A stretch of 64,000 nucleotides of DNA from NCBI GenBank assembly GCA_013239625.1, contig MU054212.1:6670270-6734269 (forward strand), in the 5' to 3' direction. A model generated the notes under the pieces. That model was not told the DNA's origin. It was given only the letters and a program-made list of their open reading frames with translations, and did not search any database. Of the stretch, positions 37,311 to 49,975 are shown one piece after another (position 1 is the first letter of the stretch; the number at the start of each line of letters is the position of its first letter). The position numbers were made by a program, and so were the translations under genes. Source of the DNA: Lama guanicoe. Lineage: Eukaryota.

Positions 37311-38988
37311 CGTGACAATGTTGTTGAAGTGACCGTGTTCGTAGGGGTGTTTATGAGCGCCACCCAAAGCTGGCGTGGTTTTTGCCTGTACCTCCCCGGC
37401 AGTGGTAACCAGGATTCCCTCCGGTTCTTGGCTTCTGTGATCCAGTCTGGTGACAATGTGGGGAAAAGGGCAACATCCAAGTTGGGACCATTTCAAAGGA
37501 ACAGCCAGTGCTTTGTGCTGTTTGTCGCTTAAATCCCCCATGTTGGAGATTTATCGTTGAGTCCATCCAGCTATGGGAGTAGATCTGCCTGGTGTCAGCG
37601 TTTGATGCTGACAGTTTGGGTTGGTGAGGCTAAGCATACTGGAAGAGGCGAGCCTGAGGGACAAAAGCGTGACCGAGGGAGCGCCGCAGCGAGGAGGAGG
37701 TGGGGTGGCGGAGAGCAAGGGCTGGAAGGGAGCGGAAAAGGAAAGGATGGAGCCAGAGACCACTGTTGAATTCAGGGTCAGAGAAATCTGTTGTCTAGAT
37801 GAAGAATTAAATAGAGCAAAGACAATTGTTGCCCCAACTCCAGGTTTCACTCATAAAACAACGTGAGGTAGGTCTGCAGTTACCGAGTGAAGGAAACCTT
37901 GTGTCTAATTGATCCTTTTGAACATTTACCTGTAATGATGGAATTAAAACATGATCCGCGCAGCACTCCTGCTGAAATGCTTCAAGCATGCAGTGCACAG
38001 GGGGCCAGTCGGATCCTGGGCTCCCTCCCACCAAGGCGACGTTCAAATCTGTCATAAGCACCCTCTGAATGCCATCGTGGAGGAACCCTGTCCCATCTGT
38101 TTATCACAACGGCCCATTTGCAGCCAAGGGGATTTAAGCCCTTTAAAAATGGTTTCCCCTCGAAAGCCCTTTCCTGTGTGGGCTTGTGTGTGATGTCCTG
38201 ACAAGTCTCAGGTTGAAGTTCACCTCGCCATCAATGCCACTTAGTAACGAATGCCCTGCTTAAACCAGGCTTAAAAACGCTGCTTGTGCCAAAGCTCATT
38301 TTCATTCATTTTCCAAAAAGGCCATAATAGTCACCAGAATCTTGCAGAGGCCTTGCCACTCTGCAGCGGTCGCTTCGTGTTTTTAGCAGTGTCTGTCAGA
38401 GACCCAGGGTTCAAGCTACCGGAGGGCCAGACGACATCTGGCTCCCCAGCTCCCCCGGAATCCTGGCTGCAGTGCTTATCAGTGCATTATTCATCAAAAC
38501 TGATGATGCAAGGTACGGCATGCTGTCTGCGGTTCAGCGTATGCGTAGAAAGGAGTTGGCAGAAACGCCTGGTGTTCTGTGAGCAGCATGTAATCAGTAG
38601 TCTGGGTGCTTGTTCACTTCGTGTTGATGACTGTTCCCTCTGGTACATTTCTGTATATTTTTGGGTTCACTGTACAACCAGCTGTGTCATCTTTCTTCCT
38701 CCTCCGTTCCTCCTATCAGCCCTGAGAGAGTGGAAGGAGCCACCTTTTTGTGTGGTGGGTGTCAAGTCAAATAATCTAACGACCAAAAGCAGGGCAGCAG
38801 GCTTGGGCAAAAAGAGACAGAGCTAATAATTTCCAAATGTACTTGGTAATAAAATCAAATGAGCTGCGTTTAAATTCAGTCTTTCTGCTACTTGACTCAA
38901 ATTAAACAATACCGATCCTCCCCTTTGCTCTGTGTCAAATGACAAACAAATCATTGGCTTTCCCCCTCTTGTATTATCTCTAGGGGGG

Positions 38989-39016
38989 TGTGTGTGTGTG
39001 TGTGTGCGCGCGCGCG
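38989..39016. repeat. (TG)9(CG)5 compound microsatellite
   Basis: direct read. Confidence 0.95.
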
Positions 39017-40029
39017 TGCTGCAGTTTGTAAATCCTATTCCCTCCGAATAGGGGGACCTTTCCTGGTTCCCTCTGTGACTGACAGATGCTCAGCACTGTT
39101 ACTGAACTGTCGAGTCTGAGAGGTAACACCCCACCCATCACTGATGATATTAGCAGGAGTCATACAGAATGTGCTCGAATCAGGACTGAAATCCAACCAG
39201 TTACAACTGAGATGAAGAAATTAAATTTCACCTGCAAGTTAAGTAGTTATCCATCTTGTACAGTTTAAAAAAATGTGATTATTTATTAAGAGAAAAGGTA
39301 TCTGTCCTTTTTTAAGACGCAGAAAAACAGACACCCAAGTCGGGGGAAAAAAGCTAGTTTTAAATGTTTAAATCAGTCTCAAATTTTGGTCAACTTCTCA
39401 GCAATCATCTTAGAAGATCTTTGAGATTTAGTAATTTTGAAGTTGGGGTTCCTAAGGGCTCAAGTCTCATGCAGCGCTGAAGTCTGTCGTCTGGGCGGTG
39501 GTGTGAGACTGGGTGGCCGTGGTCAGCATGCACCGTGGTGTCAGTCCCTTGTCTGAAGTTTAATAGCTGCGTCCATCATTTTTGTCAGGACTGGTGATCA
39601 CTGCAGCCCCAAACCGCAGTCACGACAGACATTAACTGGTCTCCTGAGTCTCCACACATCTTCAGCATTTTAAAAAAAGAACTATTTATTTTTGGGATGA
39701 GTAAGTCTGGTTAGCCTGGTTCCCAGCCATCAGTGGTATCATATCAGGTAGATGCAAGGAAGACCTCAAGTGGGAACTCCAAATTCTGGGACGTGCTTTG
39801 GATGTGGAACCTCCAGCCACGTTGCACACGTATGACATCCACCCCTTGACAAAATGAATCTCGCTGGCTCCTGGATCCTGCCCTTGAAACCCAGCTTAAA
39901 GCAGGCAAGGCACAGACAATGTAGCATCACGTGGTCCAGCTGTGGGCGGGACTGGATTAACAGAGGCAACCGTTACAGCAGTTACTGAGGTCACAGAATT
40001 CGGCTTTGGATAGTGTTACCCAGTTCACT

Positions 40030-40245
40030 CATGGGGCGCAGTTCAAATTCTGCCAGTTCCTAGGGCTGAGATTGCTGGTAACGTTAATTAACCTCTGTAG
40101 TATTCAGTTCTACTCCATGTTAAATGTGAGCAATAACATTACCCAGGTCATAAGGTTATTGTGAGGAATAAACTGAGACAGGTCATGTAAATGGTTAGCA
40201 AACACCTGGCACCTAGCAAGTGACCACTAAAAGTTAGCTGTTACT
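40030..40245 (+). mobile_element. MIR SINE
   Basis: gttcaaattctgcc...ttaacctctgt...ggttattgtgagga...cctggcacctagcaagtg. Confidence 0.75.
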
Positions 40246-40284
40246 ACCAATGACCGGCAAACTGCGGCTCAGTAGTATTACCCC

Positions 40285-40620
40285 ATGCAATTCTGTTCAA
40301 CTGCAAATGCATTGGCAAGCATCTAGCATGTGCAAGGCACTGTCCTCTGTGTTGAAGGGTAAAAATATGATTAAAAATATGGCTCTGATCTGCAGCTTCT
40401 TGGAATCGATGGGGTGGAGTTAGACACGCATACAGCTAATAGCAATGAAGATACAACAGAGGCACCGACCATGTCCACAAACCATGAGGGTGGGGAGGAG
40501 AGTCTCTCATTCTTATTTGAAGTGGGGAGGATGGTGGTAGGGGAAAGGCAGGTGATGGTTTGAGCTGGGCCGCAAGTATAAGTCAGATTTTAAAAAGAGA
40601 CTGGGAATATGAGAGGATAT
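40285..40620 (-). mobile_element. L2 fragment
   Basis: gcatctagcatgtgcaaggcactgt...gtttgagctgggcc. Confidence 0.6.
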
Positions 40621-40699
40621 TCTGATGGAATTTCATAAACAGGGAAGTTGTGGGGATTGTAGTAAATGATCTTATTTAATCCGGAACCCACATGACCGG

Positions 40700-40910
40700 A
40701 ATCAAAAAGCTTGAGATCTGGAGTTGGCTCAAACTGTGTTTGGACCTTGGTTCTGCCTTTATTCCTTGGCTGTGTGACATGGAACCTCACCATATGTGAG
40801 ACAGGGAAACACTGGTGAAAGAATCACATATACCCCAGAGGATTGTTGTGGGGATTTACAGGAATAAGAAATGGAAGGCATTTGGTTTATGACAGCCAAC
40901 AGTAAGTATT
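40700..40910 (+). mobile_element. MIR SINE fragment
   Basis: ttggttctgcc...ggctgtgtgacatgg...ggattgttgtgggga. Confidence 0.6.
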
Positions 40911-41154
40911 TCCTCTGAGGGGCAGAGAGTGGGCAGTTTGTTCACCAGGTTTTAGTATAGCCGAGCCGGCAACCGGAGCTCCCCAGTGCTTTGAGGCTTA
41001 GGGAAAGTTGACTCAAGCTCCAACTCCACTTTCCGTGGTATCTGTTCACTGCTACGTCCCTCCTGGCTGGGAGCCCTCTGAGCTGCTTCTATCTTTCATG
41101 CTCTTGTTTCTCTTCCAGAAACTGTCCGCCTTGTCCTTTTGAGAACAGCTGGAT

Positions 41155-41830
41155 GGACTGGTCCAGGCAGAAGAGAGAGCAGATGCAAAGACCCTGAGAC
41201 TCTTAAGTGTGTGATTTAATCAAAGAAGAGCAAGGAGGTCCTCGGGATGGGGAAGAGAGACAGTGACCAGAGATGCTGTCAGAGCAGTGGTCAAGGGACA
41301 GATAATGGAAAGCCCCAGAGACCATGGCAAAGACTTTAGGTCTTAATCAGAATGAGAAGACAAGTCTTTGAAGAGTTTTGGTAAAGGGAATGAGATGACA
41401 TACTTAAAACGACCACTCCAGAAGCAAAAAGGAAAAAAGACTAAAGAGGCAGAAGAAGCAAGAGGACCACTTAGTAGGCGTTTGAAATAATCCAGATGGG
41501 ACTTGATAGTGGTCTGGGCTAGGGTTGTAACGGTGAAAACGGTTCAAAATGCACATTCATGGATTGGATTCAAAGGTGAAAAAAAGAGGAGTTAAGACTG
41601 AGCCCAGAGTTTTTGGCTAGAGCAACCAGAGGGTAGAGTCACCATTTACCAAGGGGGGAAGGACTGAAGGAGAAGGTTTTGGGAGGGAAAATTAAGAGTT
41701 CTGCCTTGGTCATGTTAAGTCTCAGATTTCCTTCCTATTAATCACTCACCAAATGGAAATGTCGATAGTTGAATACATGAATTTGGAATTCAGGAGTGAG
41801 GTTAGGGCTCAAGATGAAATTTGGAAATGC
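41155..41830 (-). mobile_element. L2 internal fragment
   Basis: accatggcaaagacttt...ggaggaaaattaagagttctgccttggtcatgttaag. Confidence 0.75.
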
Positions 41831-42645
41831 TCTATCCTCCACTGTTACATGAAAAACACTGCACTTATATCTCAAATACATGTGGAAATAACATGAATTT
41901 CAATGTTGACCAAGAAGAAAAAATTTTATTCTGAGTCAGCCTGCCTTAAACACCATTAGGAACCCTCCAGTACCTAGGAAGTAGGGCTTGGGGGAGCCAG
42001 GCCAGCTCCCTGCATTGTCCCTGTGTGGGGTTGTGCAGTGAGGCCACCAAGGGCCAACAGCAATGAATGTCACACACATAGACCCAACCCAGGAAGAGGC
42101 AGACAGAAATCAAAACTGCTCCAGAACGCATCCAGAGTGAACAAGCAAAACTCATCTTCCTTTATTTTGTGTTTTATATCACTGAGCAATTTGATTAAAA
42201 CAAATCAGCAGGACAAAAAATGAAGTTGCTTTTCTGTGGGGAGACAAAAATCAATGAGAAGAATCAAGGATGAGTAAATGTCCTATGGATACTCAGGGGA
42301 GAGAATACATTTTCCAAAATAAGAAGAGCACACGTCAGAATCAGTTGTTTTCTAAAACACAAAGTTACTTCCATTTAGTGTTTTCATTGGGGCTGGGGGT
42401 TTGGGGCACATCTTTGGATAAATAGTCCCTGACCTGAGAGGGTTTCAAGTGTTTATGATAACATTTTTTTGACTTGGTAAGATGTGGAAATTTTTCACAA
42501 AGGGATTTCTTTCTGAAAGTAATTGGGTAAGTTATTGGGAAAGAGTACGCATACAAATTAAAGTTGGCCACACTGATGCACTGATCTGATTGGCTGTCAT
42601 AAATTTCAGCCCATGCAACCCCACTGGAAGGGATCAGCGCCTGCG

Positions 42646-43116
42646 AGTGGAGGCCTAGTGGTGCACCACTCAGCAATCCCATGAAGGGAAGGCCTGCTCC
42701 ATGGAGTGCGTGTAGCCAACAACCTCTAAGCGTGGTTGACTTTGGGATCCACCTCAACTTTTGAGCCAACACCAACAACTGGCATGGCAGCCCCAGAAGA
42801 CAACAGAGCAAAGCAGAGGTACAAGGGCTGGCAATCTCTGGGCAGTGGAGACTGCTCCCTGGGAACTCATTATCCTGCAGCTCCCCGTTGGCTGACCGAG
42901 GCTTCCTCAGAGCCACATCACAAGCTGGGGCTGTCCCTACACTGCTCTCCTTCCCTCCCTCGTACTTAATGTCAAACCCACATTAGAGTCTGGAAGTTTT
43001 CCCTAACTGCTCTTGCTCCTTTTCCCCTTATCTGTCACAGGTCATTATCCCTAATTAATATCTTGCATTTCTAGCTCTGTCTGGGCATCCATTTCTGGGA
43101 AGACTCAACTGATACA
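42646..43116 (+). mobile_element. LTR16A/B-like ERVL solo LTR
   Basis: ggatccacctcaacttttgagcc...ggtacaagggctgg...gctccccgttggctgaccgagg...aactgataca. Confidence 0.8.
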
Positions 43117-43744
43117 CTGCATCACCCTTTATTTCATTACATCAGGAGCTCATGGAGATGATATAGGAAAACAATAAATAAGCCTACTTTTATTATTTTT
43201 AATTTATTCATATTTTCCCCATTTACATCATCAATTTTTGACATATTCTGGGACACTCCTTGCTTCCAATGCCTGACTTTCAGGTTTCTACTCTGGTTGG
43301 GTCACATGGACTTCTTTCTGTGAGAAAATTCAGCATTTTTTGAAAGAACACTAATATTTTGGAAAACTTGACATTAAAGAATATGTATATCATTTAAAAG
43401 ACAAAATTTCCTCTGACAACTAAAAAGTTGTAAACTGTTATCAACTATCTTCCAATTTTCTTTGCAGTTCACTGACACAGAATTGTTCTATCGAATACAA
43501 ATGCTTATTCTCTAATTATGACAGGTTTAGGGAGGAAAGACTGTGGCAACACTGCAAACAATTGGGACAAAGTCGAGATGGGTTGAACCAAACCAAAAAC
43601 TTACTCAAATAAGCATCCTAGGATTTTTTGAGCAAAGTGTTTTCAATGCAATTCACCATTCCTAGCCCTTTTGTGCCATGTGTGGTTTCTGTACTGGGAA
43701 GCTGGTGAGATCAACCATCTTTCTTTCTTATTTCACTGGGTTCT

Positions 43745-43890
43745 TACTTAGCTTCAGCTATGACTCCACATGTGACCTTGGCCAATTCACCTAAGCTTTT
43801 GGAGCCTCCCCTCCACGTGTAGGGAATGAGGGGAGCTGAACCATCCACTCACCACAGTCACTTTCAGCTCTTAATGCCTATAATTTTACG
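43745..43890 (+). mobile_element. MIR/MIR3 fragment
   Basis: tgtgaccttggccaattcacctaa...ttcagctct. Confidence 0.6.
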
Positions 43891-46006
43891 AAATTAAAAA
43901 GGAATAAGATGTACCTAATGTCATCCTCCTGCACAAATTCTCTTCTAAAACGCCAAACAAAAAGCTAAAACACGTTTGGTTTCTCAAAGACAAGTGTTCA
44001 CGTTATTCAAACCCCTTCTCCCGCTTTGTAGGATGATCTCAATGAATTTCAGAAGAATCGAGAAGACCAATTTCCAAATCATCTGGAGTAATTAATTCCA
44101 GTGGTTGGAGTTAATTATGATGAGGCAATTCATAAAGTATACAGTAGAAAAAAAAAAGCAGCAATTCACGAGGCTTCATCTGCAGTGGGATTTTTTTCAA
44201 AGGCATTCTTCTGGCAACGCATTTCCAAGTTAAACATATGTGTGCTTCAGTGGTGGGAAAGCAGTTTATGAGGTTATTATTAGGTATGGGTATGAGTTAT
44301 GTGCAAATGGCCTCATGTATGTTTCTACAGATATGATACAGGCCTAATTGGTATATTACATGGGAGAATTAATGACTACAGCTGAGACCTCAACTCCATC
44401 ATATTTTTAATGTAGAAATTACAGTATATTTACCAAAAAAAAAATCCATTAGTAAAAATGGCATGATGTTACAAAATGATATCAATATGAAAAATTAATA
44501 GGAACGTGTTTGAGTATAAAAAGGACAATTTGGGAAGCTCTCTCAAACCTATATTATAAAAATAAGGAATTTGCAATAATGCAATAACAGATTGTTTTTC
44601 TGTTTTATGATTCTGATAATAAAGCACTTAGGTTCCACTTTCATGGTTTATGCTGTTATCAGAACCCCCTGATATAATTAGATGGTCTTATTTTAGATAA
44701 TTACTTATATTTTCTTATCGCATAGCAAAAATCCCACTGGTAAAAAAAAAACAAACCCTCGATAACTTAAATCTAAGAGCTATGTTGCTGAAATAAGCTG
44801 TGAGAGCCTGAAATCAAGTTCATTCAGAATAAAGGAGCCAGGATTTTCGTAAGCTGATTAATAATGATAATACCACTCCCTTGCAATTTTACATTTTTTA
44901 ATAGTTTACAAATTGATTTTACTTTCATAATCTGTCTCATTTTATCCTCTTAACTCCCCTGGGACATAGGTGCTATTGTCCCCATTTTGTAGGTGGAAAA
45001 GTTTCTGTTGTATTAAACGGTATTTATCGGCTCACTCAACAACTCCGTTCTACTCTTAACCTTGGAAATGACAAGAAAAACCATCCAGCTAAGCAGTATC
45101 ACGTGTGTGCTGTGCTTCGCAATATTGTGTTTAAAAGCTGATTATTAAAATCTACTTCTGATCCTTTCTCAGATGTGCCATTACTTTACTTTCTACCTTA
45201 AGTCTGGATGCCTGAGTTTTAAACCAGGTTTTGTTGTTAACTGGCTTTGAATCCTTAGCCAAACAGTACCCTTTCTGAAGGGAGAGGGCTGAAGTCTTCT
45301 AGATCCAAAGCACTTGATTCAAATTTTGTTCAACTAAAATAAACGTATTCCTGACTGACTGACCATGTCATTGTCATTTATGTCACCATATTGTAATGGT
45401 TATAAGATGCAACCAATGGCTCAGGAAGTTTGCTTCTATAAGGATAAACTAAAATAAGCTTGCATAAGGTATTTCCTTTGAAAATTATTACACCTGAAAA
45501 GTTTTTTTTCTCTAAAATCTCGTATGAATAAGGCAAAAACTAACCTGCTTTGTTGAGGTAAGGGGGAAAAAAAAAGAAAGAAAAGGAAGAAGAATTCTCA
45601 AATGGAATTCATCTTAACAGTGTCTTAATAATTTTCTTATTCTTTACTGATTTAGGAACGAGACTACAGAAATGTGCTAGTTATTGTGAGCAGAAAAATA
45701 ATCTCACCAGTCTTTCGATATTAATCCAGGCCTGTTGGCTCACATATGCTACTCTAAATTTATAGGATTGTCTAAAAATGGTACAAATATACTTGCCACT
45801 GAGAATGTGAGTGGAGCTAAAAAATCAAAATAATCGCTAAAATGCTGGCTATTCTAGATGAAAATATGAACTTGAAATGAATTTCCAACTTTATTATAAA
45901 TCCAAGCATTTGATTTTGCTTTGGAGTTTTGTGGGCATTTCAGATAAGAAGTTATCAACTAAAACACTGCCATTGTAATTACATATTTCAGTTCAAATTA
46001 CGTATA

Positions 46007-46225
46007 CAGTTGATCCTTGAACAACTCAGGGGTTGGGGGCACTGACCCTCTGTGTGGTGGAAAATCCACATATAACTTATGGTTGATCCTTGAATCTGTG
46101 ATTCTGCATCCTCGGATTCTACCAGTCACAGACCTGTGTAGTACTGCAATATCTACTATTGAAAAAATAATCTGTGTATAAGTGGACCTGCGCAGTTCAA
46201 ACCCGTGTTGTTCAAGGGTCAACTG
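46007..46225 (+). mobile_element. Tigger2-derived MITE (Tigger2a/MER8-like)
   Basis: TIRs cagttgatccttgaacaac / gttgttcaagggtcaactg; TA TSD at 46005-46006 and 46226-46227. Confidence 0.9.
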
Positions 46226-47449
46226 TATGTTGTCTTATACATTCACAACACACCCTCCCCAACTTCCTCTGCCCAAGAAACATGTCTCAATGGTAGCTAC
46301 TGTTTATTGTGGACCAGGCATTTATGATAATATTAAATTAAATAGTAGATACATTAAAATATTAAATATAATAAATATATTTAAATCTATGATATAATTT
46401 TACTTTTAGCTTCTAAACAACTATGTCTTTATCTCAATTTTGCTATATAAAAGGAAGATGAGTTCAGTAGTGAATCCAGGTATACCTGCTTCTCAAGGCA
46501 AACTGGTTTCATGAACCACAAAACCTTCGTCCAGTTTGCAGCCAATCGCTGTAACATTCTATACACCTATGTACCAGGAAATGGGAATACTAGTGTGGTG
46601 GAGCTTTCTGTGCGGTGGTTTTTCTGGAACACGGGAAGATCCCAGGAGTGTTCATGAGCAGTCCTCAGCAGTAACGCTCTTCCCCCAAAGAGGACAATTC
46701 CTTGATGGTTGGGGTTGGGCATGGGTTTTCTAAATGGATGTGCTTTCTCTGTTTGGTTCCGTATTCTGCATCTCTGTCCATTGTCAGACTTTTCTGGGCT
46801 TGCCTTCGCCCCCCAGCACATGATCAATTTTTCATGGGAAGAGGCGTGACCTAGGACACTCGCCTATTTTATACATGGAACTATAAAGATAACGACACCC
46901 TCCAGCAAACGAGGAAACCTGTGAGCTGTAAATGCCTGTGTCTCCAACTAATTCACAGAATTCCCTCCAAGGGAGGGACTTATTTTGCATTTGAACTCCA
47001 AAACACCTTTCAAGATTGTTAAACTTAACACCAGCCTGAAAATCCCAGTCGTGCTGGAGATCAATTAACAGCTTCTAGTGCTCTATTAGCTCCCCTTTAA
47101 GATGTCTGTGTTTTAAGGTAATTTGGCCATTACCACATTTGCACCAACAAAAACACATTATTTTGTATGACAGCAAGTTCACTTAAAATACTCAAGTGCA
47201 CTAGAAGTTTGCTTCTTGACTTCCTTATCTAATAGTCAATGTCATCTTTTCCCCTTTTATCACTTTCAAATCTCAACTTGTCTTCCTCTGCACACATGCT
47301 TTATTTGAATTCATTCTTTCCATGACACAGTTGCTTTCCCCAGCCCCACAATGGGATTTAAATGCTCTGACACTGCCTTCTTACATATTGGAAGCCACCT
47401 TTCTCATGTTGCATCAAAATTCATTAATTCCTTGACTACTTGATTACCT

Positions 47450-48480
47450 AATTGCTTCCCATTAACATTTTAAAATAATAATCTCTTATGACAACAATTG
47501 ATGCTCATTGTAGAAGATCTATACAATTAGAAAAAGGGTAAAGAGAAAATAAGAAACATTTAGTATCATCAACCAGAAATAACCTCTGATGTGGTATAGA
47601 GTTTTTCTGTATTTCCATGGATAGTCTTATTTACAAATATTACAATAAAGAATCATGCTGCATAAACTATTTGCAACTTTTCCCCACAACATAACATGAA
47701 TCAATTTCTATCTCCCTAGATAGGATTTTTCAATCTCATTCATAATGGTTTTATAATTTCTTATTTTATGGGTATACACAGTTTATTTAACCAACTCCCT
47801 AAGGTTGGGCTTAAGGTTATTTCCATGTGTTTGGCTATTTTAAACAGTGTCTTGATCAACAACCTTGGTAAATAAATCTTTATTTTATCTATAAGTCATT
47901 GTCTTACAGTGAATTCTTAAAGGAAGAATTACTGGGTCATAGTTTGTATACAATTTTAGGATTACAAAAATGGATATATTTTTTCAAAGTTTCATCCAGC
48001 ACAGCTATACCAATGTATACTAAGACTGTTAATGATTTCTGTGTTACCATTTCTTCATTATCCTCAAATATCAATTTTAAAGTAAAATTTCTAGGTTAAA
48101 AACTCATTGATTCAATCAGCCTTTATTTGATTTGCTGCAAGACTGGAACTTAAAACTTCACCCTGCTCTATCTTTAGTTGCATATGTGTGTCCGTGTCTT
48201 TTTGTGTGTTACAGCCAATTCACATTCCTTGCTCATTTGTTTACTGGAATACGTGCTCTTTAAAAAAAATTAATTTGTAAGACCCCTCCATATAGTAAAG
48301 ATAGTAAAACTTCAATGTCATATGTTATAAATACTTTTCCAGTTTTTTTAACGGAAGTCTTTCAATTATTTTATTTAGTTTAGACAGTTCAAGAAGTGCT
48401 ACTTCAAAGTATTTGTTGCTTTGATGTCACAGTTATCAACACATTTCAACCCTAATATGATATATTCATGTTTTATACAT
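47450..48480 (-). mobile_element. Old L1ME 3' region, reverse orientation
   Basis: tttatttaaccaactccct...aagaattactgggtcatag...cctttgctcatttg-like motifs. Confidence 0.7.
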
Positions 48481-49829
48481 ATACATAGGAGTTTCTAGTA
48501 TTTTTGTGTCTTATTGGTCAGGAGTGTGTAACAGGAGCACCCGTCACTCTCAGAGAGGCTGGGAACGAGGTTTTTAGGCGGGCACATCGGCATCCTCAAT
48601 CCAATCACTGTTCCCTCAGTGGAGGAGGAAGGGGAGGAAAGCTGTTGGGTGGGCAAATACCACTGTCTGTTGTTAATGGGGGGAAACTTGAGAATCATAA
48701 TTCAAGTAAAATGTGAAGATTCAAAATAATAATATGTTGAGTCGAGTATCAGTCGCCTACTTCGTTACTTCCTAGGGTTCCTGTATTAAACGAGGGGATG
48801 CACAAGAAAGGTTAGCCGTGATTGGTGGTTATTCTGAATATATTTAATCGAAATGAAGGAAGTGCCTGTAAAGTGTTGGGCAGTTTGGCAAAGGTTTGAG
48901 AAATATTAGCCAGGATTCTTTGCTGTTATGAAAATGCTTCATTCCCTGTGATTCTTTCCATCTGCTTTGTAAGTGACATGAATACAATTTTATGCAGAGG
49001 TGTTTATTTCCTGTCTACATAATGATCACAGGTTTAACCTTAAGGCAGTGCTGTCTAATCACACAGCAGAAAACATCATTTATGCAGGATGTTTTGAGAA
49101 GCTATAGCAGATGATATCTCTCTGCCTTGCTGGAATGCTCTGTTTTATAACAGGTTGATTCATGAAGACTTGTTGGAGTCAGGATTGCTATAATGAACAT
49201 CCAATGTTTGCGAGGCTATTTGAGAATATTTGGTTAATATTAACTGTCTTGTCTTCTGAAAAATCTAAAAATCATGAATATAAAAGAAAGCATAATTTTG
49301 CAAAAGTACTGCGACTTAGAATTATGGGATCATTGGGAGGATTTTAGAGGGGAAACTGAGGCTGGGAGTGTGCAGAGTGTATGAGTGGGCTGGAGAAGTT
49401 TGCAAATAGATAATAGCATTTATTATATGTTGTCTCATGAAGTCATACCAAGCAGAACATAAAAACCCTTGCAACAGATATTTCTATGCTTTATTTTTCT
49501 AATGTGATTTCCATTATAACAGTGTAGTTGTGAACTCCACCATAACAATGAAAAATATATAGTCTTTGTTGGGTGAATTGATAAAAAAGAATGATATGAA
49601 ATTAACAGCTAAGCTAGAGGGCTGATGTTGTATCTCTGGTCTCATCTCTGACTTCATGAGATTCTATTCCACGTTTCTTTCAATTAAACTGAGAGAAGAG
49701 CATTTATCTTCTCTCACTTCTTGGACCTAATATCTGGAGATAAGACTCCTAGAGATAAGCAAATACTAAAGAATGATTTCATTGTGACTTCATTTTGGAA
49801 CTAATGGTACTTTGCAAATGGCTATGTGA

Positions 49830-49975
49830 CATGAACAGATACTTTGACTGTCCCAAACTCTGGTTTTGCTATCTTTATAAGGGAATAAAACTAGCACCCA
49901 CCTCAACATGTTGCTGAGGCTTAAACGAGAATTAATATGTTTAAAGGCATTACAGAATACATACATTGTGTGCGT
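49830..49975 (+). mobile_element. MIR fragment
   Basis: ggttttgctatcttt...cacctcaacatgttgctgagg. Confidence 0.5.

Noticed and set aside
37920..37950. Minus-strand CAG|GTAAAT fusion (similar sites near 4095, 11698, 27445)
   Set aside because: Weaker donors and poorer pyrimidine tracts; frequent enough to be background.
44010..44095. Acceptor-like site followed by DDLNEFQKNREDQFPNHLE*
   Set aside because: Peptide not recognised, no good donor and no linked exons.
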